Assembly: GCA_964016885.1 (NCBI GenBank)
Contig: OZ024747.1
Span: forward strand, 42,594,001 to 42,658,000
Source: Eledone cirrhosa
Taxonomy: Eukaryota
DNA: 64,000 nt
Direction: 5' to 3'
The notes under the pieces were generated by a model that searched no databases, was not told the DNA's origin, and saw only the letters and a list, made by a program, of their open reading frames with translations. Position numbers and translations under genes: made by a program. Below, in pieces: positions 24,231-39,431 of the stretch. Position 1 is the stretch's first letter. Each line of letters starts with the position of its first letter.

Positions 24231-27200
24231 TGTTACAGATATAATATACAGTATGTTACAGATAAAATATACAGTATGTTACAGATACAATATATAGTAT
24301 GTTACAGATACAATATACAGTATGTTACAGATATAACATATAGTATGTTACAGATACAATATATAGTATGTTACAGATATAATATACTGTATGTTACAGA
24401 TATAATATATAGTATGTTACAGATACAATATATAGTATGTTACAGATACAATATTATAGTATGTTACAGATACAATATATAGTATGTTACAGATACAATA
24501 TTATAGTATGTTACAGATACAATATATAGTATGTTACAGATACAATATATAGTATGTTACAGATATAATATGCTGTATGTTACAGATATAATATATAGTA
24601 TGTTACAGATACAATATATAGTATGTTACAGATACAATATTATAGTATGTTACAGATACAATATATAGTATGTTACAGATACAATATTATAGTATGTTAC
24701 AGATACAATATATAGTATGTTACAGATATAATATACTGTATGTTACAGATACAATATACAGTATGTTACAGATATAATATACTGTATGTTACAGATATAA
24801 TATATAGTATGTTACAGATACAATATATAGTATGTTACAGATACAATATATAGTATGTTACAGATACAATATACAGTATGTTACAGATACAATATACAGT
24901 ATGTTACAGATACAATATATAGTATGTTACAGATACAAAATACAGTATGTTACAGATACAATATACAGTATGTTACAGCTATAATATATAGTATGTTACA
25001 GATACAATATATAGTATGTTACAGATACAATATATAGTATGTTACAAATACAATATATAGTATGTTACAGATACAATATACAGTATGTTACAGATACAAT
25101 ATATAGTATGTTACAGATACAATATATAGTATGTTACAGATACAATATATAGTATGTTGCAGATACAATATACAGTATGTTACAGATACAATATACAGTA
25201 TGTTACAGATACAATATACAGTATGTTACAGATACAATATATAGTATGTTACAGATACAATATATAGTATGTTACAGATACAATATACAGTATGTTACAG
25301 ATACAATATATAGTATGCTGCAGATACAATATACAGTATGTTACAGATACAATATACAGTATGTTACAGATACAATATACAGTATGTTACAGATACAATA
25401 TATAGTATGTTACAGATACAATATATAGTATGTTACAGATACAACATACATTATGTTACAGATACAATATACAGTATGTTACAGATACAATATACAGTAT
25501 GTTACAGATACAATATATAGTATGTTACAGATACAACATATAGTATGTTACAGATACAATATACAGTATGTTACAGATACAATATATAGTATGTTACAGA
25601 TACAATATATAGTATATTACAGATACAATATATAGTATGTTACAGATACAATATATAGTATGTTACAGATACAATATATAGTATGTTACAGATACAATAT
25701 ACAGTATGTTACAGATACAATATATAATATGTTACCGATACAATATACAGTATGTTACAGATACAATATACAGTATGTTACAGATACAATATATAGTATG
25801 TTATAGATACAACACATAGTATGTTACAGATACAACATACAGTATGTTACAGATACAATATACAGTATGTTACAGATACAATATACAGTATGTTACAGAT
25901 ACAATATACAGTATGTTACAGATACAATATATAGTATGTTACAGATACAACATACAGTATGTTACAGATACAATATACAGTATGTTACAGATACAATATA
26001 CAGTATGTTACAGATACAATATATAGTATGTTACAGACACAACATACAGTATGTTACAGATACAATATACAGTATGTTACAGATACAATATATAGTATGT
26101 TACAGATACAATATTATAGTATGTTACAGATACAATATACAGTATGTTACAGATACAATATACAGAATGTTACAGATACAATATATAGTATGTTACAGAT
26201 ACAATATACAGTATGTTACAGATACAATATACAGTATGTTACAGATACAATATACAGTATGTTACAGATAAAATATACAGTATGTTACAGATACAATATA
26301 CAGTATGTTACAGATACAATATATAGTATGTTACAGATACAATATACAGTATGTTACAGATACAATATATAGTATGTTACAGATACAACACAGTATGTTA
26401 CAGATACAACATATAGTATGTTACAGATACAATATACAGTATGTTACAGATACAATATATAGTATGTTACAGATACAATATACAGTATGTTACAGATACA
26501 ATATACAGTATGTTACAGATACAATATACAGTATGTTACAGATACAATATATAGTATGTTACAGATACAACATACAGTATGTTACAGATAAAATATACTG
26601 TATGTTACAGATACAATATACTGTATGTTACAGATGCAATATATAGTATATTACAGATACAATATATAGTATGTTACAGATACAAAATACAGTATGTTAC
26701 AGATACAATATATAGTATATTACAGATACAATATACAGTATGTTACAGATACAATATATAGTATGTTACAGATACAATATACAGTATGTTACAGATACAA
26801 CAAACAGTATGTTACAGATACAATATACAGTATGTTACAGATACAACATACAGTATGTTACAGATACAATATACAGTAGGTTACAGATACAATATACAGT
26901 ATGTTACAGATACAATATACAGTATGTTACAGATACAATATACAGTATGTTACAGATACAATATACAGTATGTTACAGATACAACATACAGTATGTTACA
27001 GATACAATATACAGTATGTTACAGATACAACATACAGTATGTTACAGATACAATATACAGTATGTTACAGATACAATATATAGTATGTTACAGATACAAT
27101 ATATAGTATGTTACAGATACAACATACAGTATGTTACAGATACAACATATAGTATGTTACAGATACAATATACAGTATGTTACAGATACAATATACAGTA

Positions 27201-29862
27201 TGTTACAGATACTATATATAGTATATTACAGATACAATATACAGTATATTACAGATACAATATACTGTATGTTACAGATACAATATATAGTATGTTACAG
27301 ATACAATATACAGTATGTTACAGATACAATATATAGTATGTTACAGATACAATATACAGTATGTTACAGATACAATATACAGTATGTTACAGATACAATA
27401 TATAGTATGTTACAGATACAACATACAGTATGTTACAGATACAATATACTGTATGTTACAGATACAATATACTGTATGTTACAGATACAATATATAGTAT
27501 GTTACAGATACAAAATACAGTATGTTACAGATACAATATATAGTATATTACAGATACAATATACAGTATGTTACAGATACAATATATAGTATGTTACAGA
27601 TACAATATACAGTATGTTACAGATACAACATACAGTATGTTACAGATACAACATACAGTATGTTACAGATACGATATACAGTATGTTACAGATACAATAT
27701 ACAGTATGTTACAGATACAATATACAGTATGTTACAGATACAATATACAGTATGTTACAGATACAACATACAGTATGTTACAGATACAATATACAGTATG
27801 TTACAGATACAATATACAGTATGTTACAGATACAACATACAGTATGTTACAGATACAATATACAGTATGTTACAGATACAACATACAGTATGTTACAGAT
27901 ACAATATACAGTATGTTACAGATACAACATACAGTATGTTACAGATACAATATACAGTATTTTACAGATACAACATACAGTATGTTTCAGATACAATATA
28001 CAGTATGTTACAGATACAATATACAGTATGTTACAGATACAACATACAGTATGTTACATATACAATATACAGTATGTTACAGATACAATATATAGTATGT
28101 TACAGATACAATATATAGTATGTTACAGATACAATATACAGTATGTTACAGATACAATATACAGTATGTTACAGATACAATATACAGTATGTTACAGATA
28201 CAATATACAGTATGTTACAGATACAATATACAGTATGTTACAGATACAACATACAGTATGTTACAGATACAATATACAGTATGTTACAGATACAATATAT
28301 AGTATGTTACAGATACAATATACAGTATGTTACAGATACAATATACAGTATGTTACAGATACAATATACAGTATGTTACAGATACAATATACAGTATGTT
28401 ACAGATACAATATATAGTATGTTACAGATACAATATACAGTATGTTACAGATACAATATATAGTATGTTACAGATACAATATACAGTATGTTACAGATAC
28501 AATATATAGTATGTTACAGATACAACATACAGTATGTTACAGATACAATATACAGTATGTTACAGATACAATATACAGTATGTTACAGATACAATATACA
28601 ATATGTTACAGATACAATATATAGTATGTTACAGATACAATATATAGTATGTTACAGATACAATATATAGTATGTTACAGATACAATATACATTATGTTA
28701 CAGATACAATATACAGTATGTTACAGATACAATATACAGTATGTTACAGATACAATATACAGTATGTTACAGATACAATATACAGTATGTTACAGATACA
28801 ATATACAGTATGTTACAGATACAATATATAGTATGTTACAGATACAATATACAGTATGTTACAGATACAATATACAGTATGTTACAGATACAATATACAG
28901 TATGTTACAGATACAATATATAGTATGTTACAGATACAATATATAGTATGTTACAGATACAATATATAGTATGTTACAGATACAATATATAGTATGTTAT
29001 AGATACGATATATAGTATGTTACAGATACAATATATAGTATGTTACAGATACAATATACAGTATGTTACAGATACAATATATAGTATATTACAGATACAA
29101 TATATATTATGTTACAGATACAATATATAGTATGTTACAGATACAAAATACAGTATGTTACAGATACAATATATAGTATGTTACAGATACAATATATAGT
29201 ATGTTACAGATACAATATATAGTATGTTGCAGATACAAAATACAGTATGTTACAGATACAAGATATAGTATTTTACAGATACAATATACAGTATGTTACA
29301 GATACAATATACAGTATGTTACAGATACAAAATACAGTATGTTACAGATACAATATATAGTATGTTACAGATACAATATATAGTATGTTACAGATACAAT
29401 ATATAGTATATTACAGATACAATATATAGTATGTTACAGATACAATATATAGTATGTTACAGATACAAAATACAGTATGTTACAGATACAATATATAGTA
29501 TGTTACAGATACAATATATATTATGTTACAGATACAAAATACAGTATGTTACAGATACAATATATAGTATGTTACAGATACAATATATAGTATGTTACAG
29601 ATACAATATATAGTATGTTACAGATACAATATATAGTATGTTACAGATACAAAATACAGTATGTTACAGATACAATATATAGTATGTTACAGATACAAGA
29701 TATAGTATTTTACAGATACAATATACAGTATGTTATAGATACAATATATAGTATGTTACAGATACAATATACAGTATGTTACAGATACAATATATAGTAT
29801 GTTACAGATACAATATACAGTATGTTACAGATAAAATATATAGTATGTTACAGATACAATAT
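24231..29862. repeat. 23-bp tandem satellite, about 245 copies (AGTATGTTACAGATACAATATAY)
   Basis: Direct reading; the MLQIQY... ORFs are its 69-bp periodic translation. Confidence 0.98.
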
Positions 29863-30099
29863 GTTTATAGATGATGCGAAAGGGAAGTGGAGAGTGTTAC
29901 AGCTATGATTCTCCAAATTGCTTCCTTTTTCTCCTGGCCACCATTGAGACCTCTGGTGTCATTGGTTCCCGGACTGTTACTGAAGACTAGCAGATATCCA
30001 GATACCAAGTCTTCACTGACCACTTCTTTTATGTGCTGGTCATTATTGAGACCTCTGATGTCCTGCTTAGTCTTTGGACTGCTGTTTTCCTCCACAATA

Positions 30100-30280
30100 T
30101 TTGGGAGGAATTCATCCTGCTTCAGGAAGGAGCCTCATGAGGTGAAATGGTAGATGCAGTAGGTGTCACTGGCTGTTCTCTGTTGCAATGCCTTTGCCAT
30201 CTTTTCCATGGGGTGCAAGCGAGATATACTGCTTAGAAAGGGGTGTAGAGTCTGTCTATCCCTTCCTGTTTCCCTTTATT
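30100..30280. repeat. Old dispersed repeat; diverged copies at ~32520-32700 and ~56260-56435
   Basis: Shared aggagcc..tgaagtg..tggctgatgcagtgg...gctgagatata...ggggtgtagagt. Confidence 0.55.
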
Positions 30281-30483
30281 TTCATTATTAATTAATTTTC
30301 TTTATTCATGTTTATTATTTGAAATAATTATGTATATAAAACCTTATTCATTTGAAAAATAAAAGAAAATAGCAAAAAGCCTAAAAAAACTAATTTACAT
30401 ATTTCCTTGAAATCAACTAGTTTTATATAGGTGGTGCAATAGCAAAGATATTAGGGAATTAGCCAAGATGATTTCATACGAAT

Positions 30484-30828
30484 GGAGGCACATGGTTAGA
30501 GCATTGGCCTTGCAATTGAAAGGTTGTGAGTTCAATTCTCAGACTGGGTGATGTGTTGTTTCCTTGAGCAAGACACTTTATTTCACATTGCTCCAGTTTA
30601 CTCAGCTGTAGAAATGAGATGATAGGGACTGAGGTCCCTATCATTCCACTGCAAAGTGGTCGTGGAGGCGCCATTGAAAAAAAGCACCCAGCACTCACTG
30701 TAAATGAGGTTGGTGTTAGGAAGGGCATCCAGCTGTAGAAATCAAGCCAGAATCAGTTCCTGTCCCACCCTTGCAAGCAGGGAAAAGCAGACGTAAAATG
30801 ATGATGAATGAAATGAAATGAAATGAAA
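30484..30828 (+). mobile_element. SINE family 1 copy
   Basis: Head ggaggcacatggttagagc..., body and RTE-B tail. Confidence 0.88.
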
Positions 30829-33048
30829 CAGTTCTAGTCCTACATATAATAAAGATATAGATATATATATCATTGCTTTATGTTTATTTTTCTATGATAG
30901 CATGGGTTAGCCAGGTCGTTTCAAACTAAATCAGTACTTAATTAGAGCTACTGCCTTAGTAGATAGGATGGAGGCCATGTCTCACACATGTTCCAGATTT
31001 GGTATGGTTTCTATAGCTGGCTGCCCTTGCAATTGTCACTTACTTTACAGAGTGTACTCGGTGCATTTCATAACAGCACCAGCAGCACCAAGTAGTAACG
31101 GCCTTGACCAACAAGAAAGCCTCTACATGGTTTATTGATATGTTAGAAGCAGCAGCCAAGTCTTCTTCAAAACACACATGCATGTCACGAAATATAGAAG
31201 CACAGAGTAATCCTAGATACACTATGGTTGAGTAAAATGATGAAATTCGCCAAAGCTACACCTGATATCCCCCTCCCATACACATGCACACATGTGTATA
31301 TCATGACTAATGTACTGTTCATTTTCCTGACGTTTGTACATTACCCTATGTACTATACATACACCTTTGATGAGTTGTAGTGCACCTGAGCACTGTACAC
31401 AATATTTTCATTATTATTATTATTATAATAATTGCTTTCCTGGAGTTAACTAACAGTACATTTCATACCTTACACCAATATCAATTTTTAGCATATCATT
31501 ATTAAGCCTCAATGTGGTTGCTCAACCCACTAAAAATAGCAGCCAGATTTCCTCAAATCACACCATTCCACTTTAGAAAAAGGAAAGGTGCATTCAACAA
31601 TGAAGATATAGAAAAAGACAACAAGCTTACAGCCGGTAAAGCTGACCTGTGACACAGAAAATAACATCAACAATGCCAATACAAATCAATACAGGAGCCT
31701 CAATGTAGTTACTCTACTCTACTTATTAGAAATATCAGCCTAGACTTAGATACAGACTCTCTGCAGTGGGCAGGTGGGGGGGGGGGGTGTCAAGGTTTGG
31801 ACACCTTCAATAATTGGTGTGCTTGATCAGGATGATTTGGGGTCAAACAACAACTGAAATCTACAAGAACAACAACAACTAAAAGTATCTTTCAAATTGT
31901 GAATAGTTGAAATAGTTGGCAAATAGTAAGTAAATTTGTTTGTCAATAGAAATGTATTTAACATTAAAAAGAAAAGCTAACATAATTAAAATATGATTAG
32001 ATTGAAGTAATTAATGATAAACCTAAACTACATACATTACCCCTCTGACCAAATAATATCAAGTAATTAGTAAAAAAATTAATGAGGCAACTTACTGATT
32101 ATATTTACTTTCATGAACAGAAAAGAAAAAAATGAGAGAGAGAGAGAGAGAAAGAAAGAAGCAGGGAATATGATCAAACAACAGTTTAATATGATTGGAA
32201 TTTAATTAATTTAGGAAAGATATGTCATTATATTAATGACTATATGAAAGAGGTTGGTTAAAAATGACAACAACAAAAAATGTAAAATCTAATTGGTTTA
32301 AGAAAGTAAGAAACAGTCTACTCAGAAAACACTTTCATATAGAACATAGAAAAGTTATAAAGTACTTATGTGGGTTAGTACTTATTTAGGTTTTCAGATC
32401 TGTAGTCCAACTTTCATAAGCATAAAAGTCTATAGATATCCCAATACTGGGACTTGTCTGACTCCTTTTTGTACTGGTTGTCATCATGACCACTAACGTC
32501 CTCAGTCACTTCACTGCCATTTCCTCTGCAAAATCAGGAGGAGTGCATCTCACGTAAGGAAGGAGCCCTGTGAAGTGGAATGGCTGATACAGTGGGTGTT
32601 GCTGGCTCTCTCTGCAGCACTGCTTTCACCATTTTGGCTGCAGAGTGCAGCTGAGATATAGCACTGAGCTAGGGATGTAGAGTTTACCCTTACATTTACT
32701 CTTTTTTATTATTTAATTTTCTCTCTTCCTGTTTTAATACTTTCATCATTGTTCAACACTAAATTTTTTATTCCTCCAAAGTCTACACAGGAGAATACAT
32801 GAAAAGAAGCTTTTGGTATTTTCTTTAACCCTTTCATTCCCATATATTCAATGAAAGACACTGTTTATCATTTTCAGATAAAGAATTTGGAGAGATTAAT
32901 AATATAACTAATTATTAAGCTGGAGTTTGGAATATAGCTTGACAAAAGTTCTTACATAAAATTATGATGGAAGGTTTTTAGATAAATATAAATACTTTAA
33001 AATATAATCTGTTCAGTGAACAGAGAGAAAATTGTTTAATTAAAAACA

Positions 33049-33629
33049 CTAGCAGAAAAACCACCCTACGGGTGGTTTTCTGCTAACGTGTGTAGTGTGC
33101 ATATTGATATTATACACAAGTAAATATACATATAGATATGATACGTCAAATGAAATCGTAATTGACAATATGCACAGAAATTGAATGAAGTCTGTGTTAC
33201 CCTGTCTTATGTAATCAGTAAAGTAATCCATGATACATTAAAAAAAGACGATATTATATATAAACTGCATATATAATAAACTAAAATGTTATGAAAACGA
33301 AAAAGGAGAAAATTAGCGACCTAAATATAAACCTTATATAACAATGCAAATATATTAACGTTTATATAAATGATGTAATAAGTGTTATGATATAACGGAC
33401 GGTAACTGGAAGTGTTGACATTTGAAAATTTTAAAGAAGTGAATCTTAAAATAAGCAATACTTTCTATATAAGAATATTTATGTTTAATCAAGAGCTACG
33501 AAATTTAGTGGATAAATTACATAATATTCATTCATTATTTATTCAAAGTAATCCAACTTATTTTATTAACGGGATAAAAAAATATAAAACAGACGCTGTC
33601 CCACACTCCTCTCTTTGTTATATTATAGA
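33049..33629 (-). mobile_element. Non-autonomous Helitron-like element
   Basis: Minus strand begins A|TCTATAATATAAC and ends with hairpin agcagaaaaccaccc/gggtggtttttctg then CTAG|T. Confidence 0.72.
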
Positions 33630-35981
33630 TGGTGTTTAGGCAGAGTATGTTCTCCAACATACATTAGCCGATGTCTACTTTTTGTTTGTCAAATGTGTGC
33701 TTTTTGTCAGTAAGTTGTGATTTGGAGGAGATTTAGCTTCTATTTCTAGTAGCTTGAGTGAATATAGTGAAATTCAAAGGTAACAAAAGAGAACAGTTGA
33801 TGCTTTATATGAAGAACTTGAAATATTTGCACATATCTGCCATTGTTTAAAGAGCATCTTTTTTTAACCTTGTTCATATCTAAACAAGTTGCAAATCATT
33901 TTGGCATGGAACCAATACAAATACTATAGGTAGCGTTTTTCTTTTTCCTATAAATAATTTGAGGAAGATGAAAATAATAATTTATAAATACAGAAATAAA
34001 TAGATAACAACCAAACTCAATATAACATAAGTAATACTTATTATAAAATGGTTCTTTATTAGAAACATATGTAAATAAAACTCAACAGGTTTTTAAAACA
34101 GTGGGTACCGTTATTTATTTCACATAACTACGTACACAAAGAAACACATGTTAAATGAAAAGGGGGGAGGGGGGTAGTGAGAGAAGGAATGCATTTTAAG
34201 GGGGGGGTAGTGAGAGAAGGTATGCACTTTTAATGACAAGCTACAACAAAGGGTGCCAGAGTTTCCTTCTAATAATGTTTTAAGGAAAGCCAATACACTT
34301 GCAGCATTGTCATGAGGCTAAGATGCTGGAATAACCAAGCACCTTCGCAGGTATCATACATGGGTAAGATAAGTCACCAATAACGACAAGAATCTCATAG
34401 TTAGCAGCTCAAATCACCCCAAATGTTTTGAATGCCACAAAAAATATAGTTTGCTGATAATTCCTAGTATTTAAAAAAAATATTTGGGAACATCCAAGAT
34501 AAGAGTTACGAATATTTTATTTTTCTTTTATCATAAGATTGTTTCATAGAGCAGTGAGTTTGAGAGAGCTGTGTGTGTGTGTGTGTGTGTGTGTGTGAGT
34601 TTGAGAGAGCAGTGTGTGTGTAGGTGTGTATGTATGTGAGTTTCAGAGAGCAGTGTGTGTGTATGTGAATGTGAGTTAGAGAGAGCTGTGTGAGTGTGTG
34701 TGTGTGTGTATGCGTATGTGAGTTTGAGAGAGCTGTGTGTGTGTGTCTGTATAAGTCTATTTAACTGCAGTTATTTGTGAGAGAGTTTGTGTAACTATGA
34801 GACTGAATATCTCTTTATGTATAACTACATTTAAGAACAACAGCTTATGTGTACAAGTATGTATATTCCAGTGTGTATGTGAGAATGTTTGTATTATACA
34901 TATATATGTGAAAAAGGATGTTTATGTTTAAACATGCAGCAACATTGTATATTTTTTAAGAAGCAATACATGCTTATATGACAATGTATCTGGAATATAT
35001 AATAGCACGAAATGATATTTACATTGCTGGTTTCCATTTAAAAGAATCTTTTGTTATCTTATCTATCTTTTCAAATTATCATAGGTAGCTTTCATTATAC
35101 TTTCTTTTAGTTTTGTTTTCTGTTATTTGTGTAAAGAGACATACACCAAATTACTTCTATCTTCTAATATTTTAACTGCAATAAAGCAAGTTAATTTAAG
35201 AACATTTGTGTGGTCTCTCCTCTTGCTAGAAATATCAGCCAAATCTCCCTCAAACCACACCATTGTCTCTTAATAAAATGAACACATTGAATATAGTCCA
35301 AGGTACAGTATGTCCATAGAAATGCCTTTGATCATATGTCTACTCTATCAAGGCTGACTCATGACTTCACAACTGCAATAAATATTATAGGAATGACATC
35401 TTGTTGTACACAAATTACTTGTAGCCCTCTAGAATAATAATTAAAAAAATAGTTCAAAGAAAAAAGCAGTGCCCATAGGTCATATAAACTTTCTCAGACT
35501 AGTTAGGTCAATTTAGTTTGTGTTCATCATGAACTTCTGTATGGGAAGTATGGTCTGCAATGGAGTTCTAGGAGAGTTGATGTTTCGCAAAATGTTTAGT
35601 GTGAGGTCTGGGATACTGAAACAGTCAGAATTATGAGTGTGAGTAAAGCAGATGGTTCAGATGAGCTAAGGCAAAGATAGTACACAAGTTGCTAGTAATT
35701 CAGGGGAATAGTAATCATTATAATAGGACAGACAGAACATCTGTTAGCTAGTGCATGTAGCTTATCGATGAGTGAAGGACTGCCTATCATTTGGTTAACC
35801 TTTTATTTTGAAGACAGATATATATAGAGAGAGTGAGAGAGACACAGTATGTGTGTGTGTGCATTAGTTAGTTGCACTGATCCAAATACACAAGCCATTC
35901 TCTAATGTAAGTTATACTTCAACTTTAGAGATGGTCAACAACTATTCAGAGCTTATATTTTATTTCTCTTACTCTCTCTCT

Positions 35982-36045
<64 letters not shown>

Positions 36046-36467
36046 TTTATATATATATATATTTATCGATTTTAAATCGTATGGTTGATTGTAGACTTGT
36101 TCTATATGTGACGGTATTTTAACGATAGTTATAGCTCTGATTCATCTGAATTATTGAGCCCTCTGCCGCTCATATCGGATTTCGTTTTTCGTTAACTCGT
36201 GCGCCGATTTTTCGATACTCGATCTTTCTAATATATTTAGCTCTGGACATAGCTATCCACCAGTTAATTTTATTGCTCATATTTTGTCGATTCTATTGAG
36301 TGATGAATAGCTTTTGTTTTATTTTAACATGTCTATTGAGCACTCTAATTCGATATGTGTATTTCCACATTCACTCGAATTATTTTCGCGGATATAGGGG
36401 TCATCTCCCTTGTCTAATGCCATGTGCGTTTTTCACTGCTAGTTGACTCCTTTGCCGCCAGGATAAA

Positions 36468-36602
36468 ACTCGTTGACGACGTAAACTCCATTCCACTTAT
36501 TCTAGTAGGCTTTTATATTTATATGTGAGCTGATAGAGTACTGTCTAAGGATTTACAGAAACCCATGAAGCTAGATTTAACACCTTTCTAGTGGGTCCGG
36601 GT
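36468..36602 (+). ncRNA. Type-I hammerhead variant (U3), extended helices II and III, unit 1
   Basis: actcg-TTGACGA-c-gtaaa(c)tcc...ggatttac-a-GAAA-ccca..ctaga/tctag..tgg-GTC-cgggt. Confidence 0.68.
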
Positions 36603-37082
36603 ATGATTTTACATTCATTTAAATTATTGACGTATTGTTTTATTGATATTTTTTATCTGTTTGGCCCGAATCTTCCTTTATCGATTTTAAATCGTATGGT
36701 TGATTGTAGACTTGTTCTATATGTGACGGTATTTTAACGATAGTTATAGCTCTGATTCATCTGAATTATTGAGCCCTCTGCCGCTCATATCGGATTTCGT
36801 TTTTCGTTAACTCGTGCGCCGATTTTTCGATACTCGATCTTTCTAATATATTTAGCTCTGGACATAGCTATCCACCAGTTAATTTTATTGCTCATATTTT
36901 GTCGATTCTATTGAGTGATGAATAGCTTTTGTTTTATTTTAACATGTCTATTGAGCACTCTAATTCGATATGTGTATTTCCACATTCACTCGAATTATTT
37001 TCGCGGATATAGGGGTCATCTCCCTTGTCTAATGCCATGTGCGTTTTTCACTGCTAGTTGACTCCTTTGCCGCCAGGATAAA

Positions 37083-37217
37083 ACTCGTTGACGACGTAAA
37101 CTCCATTCCACTTATTCTAGTAGGCTTTTATATTTATATGTGAGCTGATAGAGTACTGTCTAAGGATTTACAGAAACCCATGAAGCTAGATTTAACACCT
37201 TTCTAGTGGGTCCGGGT
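37083..37217 (+). ncRNA. Type-I hammerhead variant, unit 2
   Basis: Identical to 36468-36602 (+615). Confidence 0.68.
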
Positions 37218-37697
37218 ATGATTTTACATTCATTTAAATTATTGACGTATTGTTTTATTGATATTTTTTATCTGTTTGGCCCGAATCTTCCTTTATCGAT
37301 TTTAAATCGTATGGTTGATTGTAGACTTGTTCTATATGTGACGGTATTTTAACGATAGTTATAGCTCTGATTCATCTGAATTATTGAGCCCTCTGCCGCT
37401 CATATCGGATTTCGTTTTTCGTTAACTCGTGCGCCGATTTTTCGATACTCGATCTTTCTAATATATTTAGCTCTGGACATAGCTATCCACCAGTTAATTT
37501 TATTGCTCATATTTTGTCGATTCTATTGAGTGATGAATAGCTTTTGTTTTATTTTAACATGTCTATTGAGCACTCTAATTCGATATGTGTATTTCCACAT
37601 TCACTCGAATTATTTTCGCGGATATAGGGGTCATCTCCCTTGTCTAATGCCATGTGCGTTTTTCACTGCTAGTTGACTCCTTTGCCGCCAGGATAAA

Positions 37698-37832
37698 ACT
37701 CGTTGACGACGTAAACTCCATTCCACTTATTCTAGTAGGCTTTTATATTTATATGTGAGCTGATAGAGTACTGTCTAAGGATTTACAGAAACCCATGAAG
37801 CTAGATTTAACACCTTTCTAGTGGGTCCGGGT
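37698..37832 (+). ncRNA. Type-I hammerhead variant, unit 3
   Basis: Identical to 36468-36602 (+1230). Confidence 0.68.
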
Positions 37833-38102
37833 ATGATTTTACATTCATTTAAATTATTGACGTATTGTTTTATTGATATTTTTTATCTGTTTGGCCCGAA
37901 TCTTCCTTTATCGATTTTAAATCGTATGGTTGATTGTAGACTTGTTCTATATGTGACGGTATTTTAACGATAGTTATAGCTCTGATTCATCTGAATTATT
38001 GAGCCCTCTGCCGCTCATATCGGATTTCGTTTTTCGTTAACTCGTGCGCCGATTTTTCGATACTCGATCTTTCTAATATATATATATATATGTAAGTACA
38101 CA

Positions 38103-39431
38103 ATTTAGATGAGATGCAGTTTGGTTTTGTGTCTCGGAAAAGTACAACAGGTGCCCTCTTCATAGTGAGGCAACTACAAGAGAGGTTCTTAGAGAAGAAT
38201 AAGCCACTATACTTATAGGCCTTTGATAGGGTACCCCGATCTGTCATCTGGTGGTCCCTAAGGAAACTAGAGGAATGGCTTGTGACGACAGTGCAAGCTA
38301 TGTACAGGGGTGCTGTCAGTAAAGTGAGAATAGGAATGGAGTTTAGTAAAGAATTCCAGATACAAGTAGGTGTACATCAAGGTTCTGTTCTCAGCCCAGT
38401 CTTGTTCATTATAGTCCTCCAAGCCATAACAGAGGAGTTTAAGACTGACTACCCATGGGAACTTCTCTATGCTGATGATCTGGTTCTTATAGCAGAATCA
38501 GTAGAGGAGCTAGAGAATAAATTCTAGCTATAGAAACAGCAGTTGGAATCAAGAGGTCTGTGAGTGAACATAGCTAAAACAAAGGCGTTGATAAGTAGAA
38601 GAGAGGACAATACTCTGATTCCATCAGGGAAATGACCATGTTCAATATGTAGGAAAGGAACTGGCATAAATTCCATAAAATGTATGTAATGCAGATCTTG
38701 GATACACAAGAGATGTAGTGGGATAGTAGGCAAACTAACAGGTAGGGAAAACTTTGTATGCAGTAGATGTACAGGGAAAGTTGGCAGTAGTTATCGCAGT
38801 GATAGACACATTTTTCCAATGCAGGTGGGTTCTATAGAAGTGGTTGATAGCTTCCAGTACCTAGGTGATCAGATTAGCATGGGAGGGGGTGTTCCAAGGC
38901 CATAGTATCTAGAATAAGGATGGGTTGGAAGAAGTTTAGGGAGCTGTTCCCTCTGTTGACAAAGAAGGGTTTCTCCCTGCATACAAAAGGGCGGTTATAT
39001 GATGCCTGTGTGAGATGCGCGATGTTGCATGGTAGTGAGACATGGGTAGCAACTGCAGAAGATATGCGAAGGATGTGCAACGTCAATGTACGTGAACGAC
39101 CAAGCATAGACGAGTTGAGAAAGAAACTGTGTCTGAGAGGGATAAGTTGTGGTGTGCAGGAGAGAAGGCTGAGATGGTATGGACATGTGATGCGCATGGA
39201 GGACGACCGATGGGTGAAGAAGTGCCAGGAAGTCCCAGTGGAGGGAAGACGCAGTAGAGGTAGACCACGAAAAACATGGGCGGAGGTGGTGAGAGCAGAC
39301 CTCAGATCGCTGAAACTCACCGAGGAGATGACGAAGGACCATGACAAGTGGAGAGATGCTATGCTGAATAGGACCCGTCTCACCCTTGCAAGCAGGGAAA
39401 AGCGGAAGTCAAATGATGATGATGATGATGA
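38103..39431 (+). mobile_element. 5'-truncated RTE LINE (subfamily B)
   Basis: DEMQFGF, QGSVLSP, LLYADDL, GWKKFREL, GRPRKTW, (ATG)n tail. Confidence 0.93.

Larger units (their letters stand above)
36062..38080 (+). mobile_element. 615-bp tandem repeat (~3.3 apparently identical units) with one hammerhead per unit; retrozyme-like
   Basis: The tatcgattttaaatcg marker recurs at 36064, 36679, 37294 and 37909; the array is bounded by (TA)n on both sides. Confidence 0.85.

Noticed and set aside
24276-29797. Dozens of MLQIQY... ORFs
   Set aside because: These are translations of a 23-bp satellite in all three frames, not a protein. The array is not a CRISPR either, since it has no unique spacers.
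36529-36572. Alternative hammerhead reading starting at ctgataga
   Set aside because: Non-canonical spacing and no cleavage triplet; the TTGACGA reading closes all three helices.
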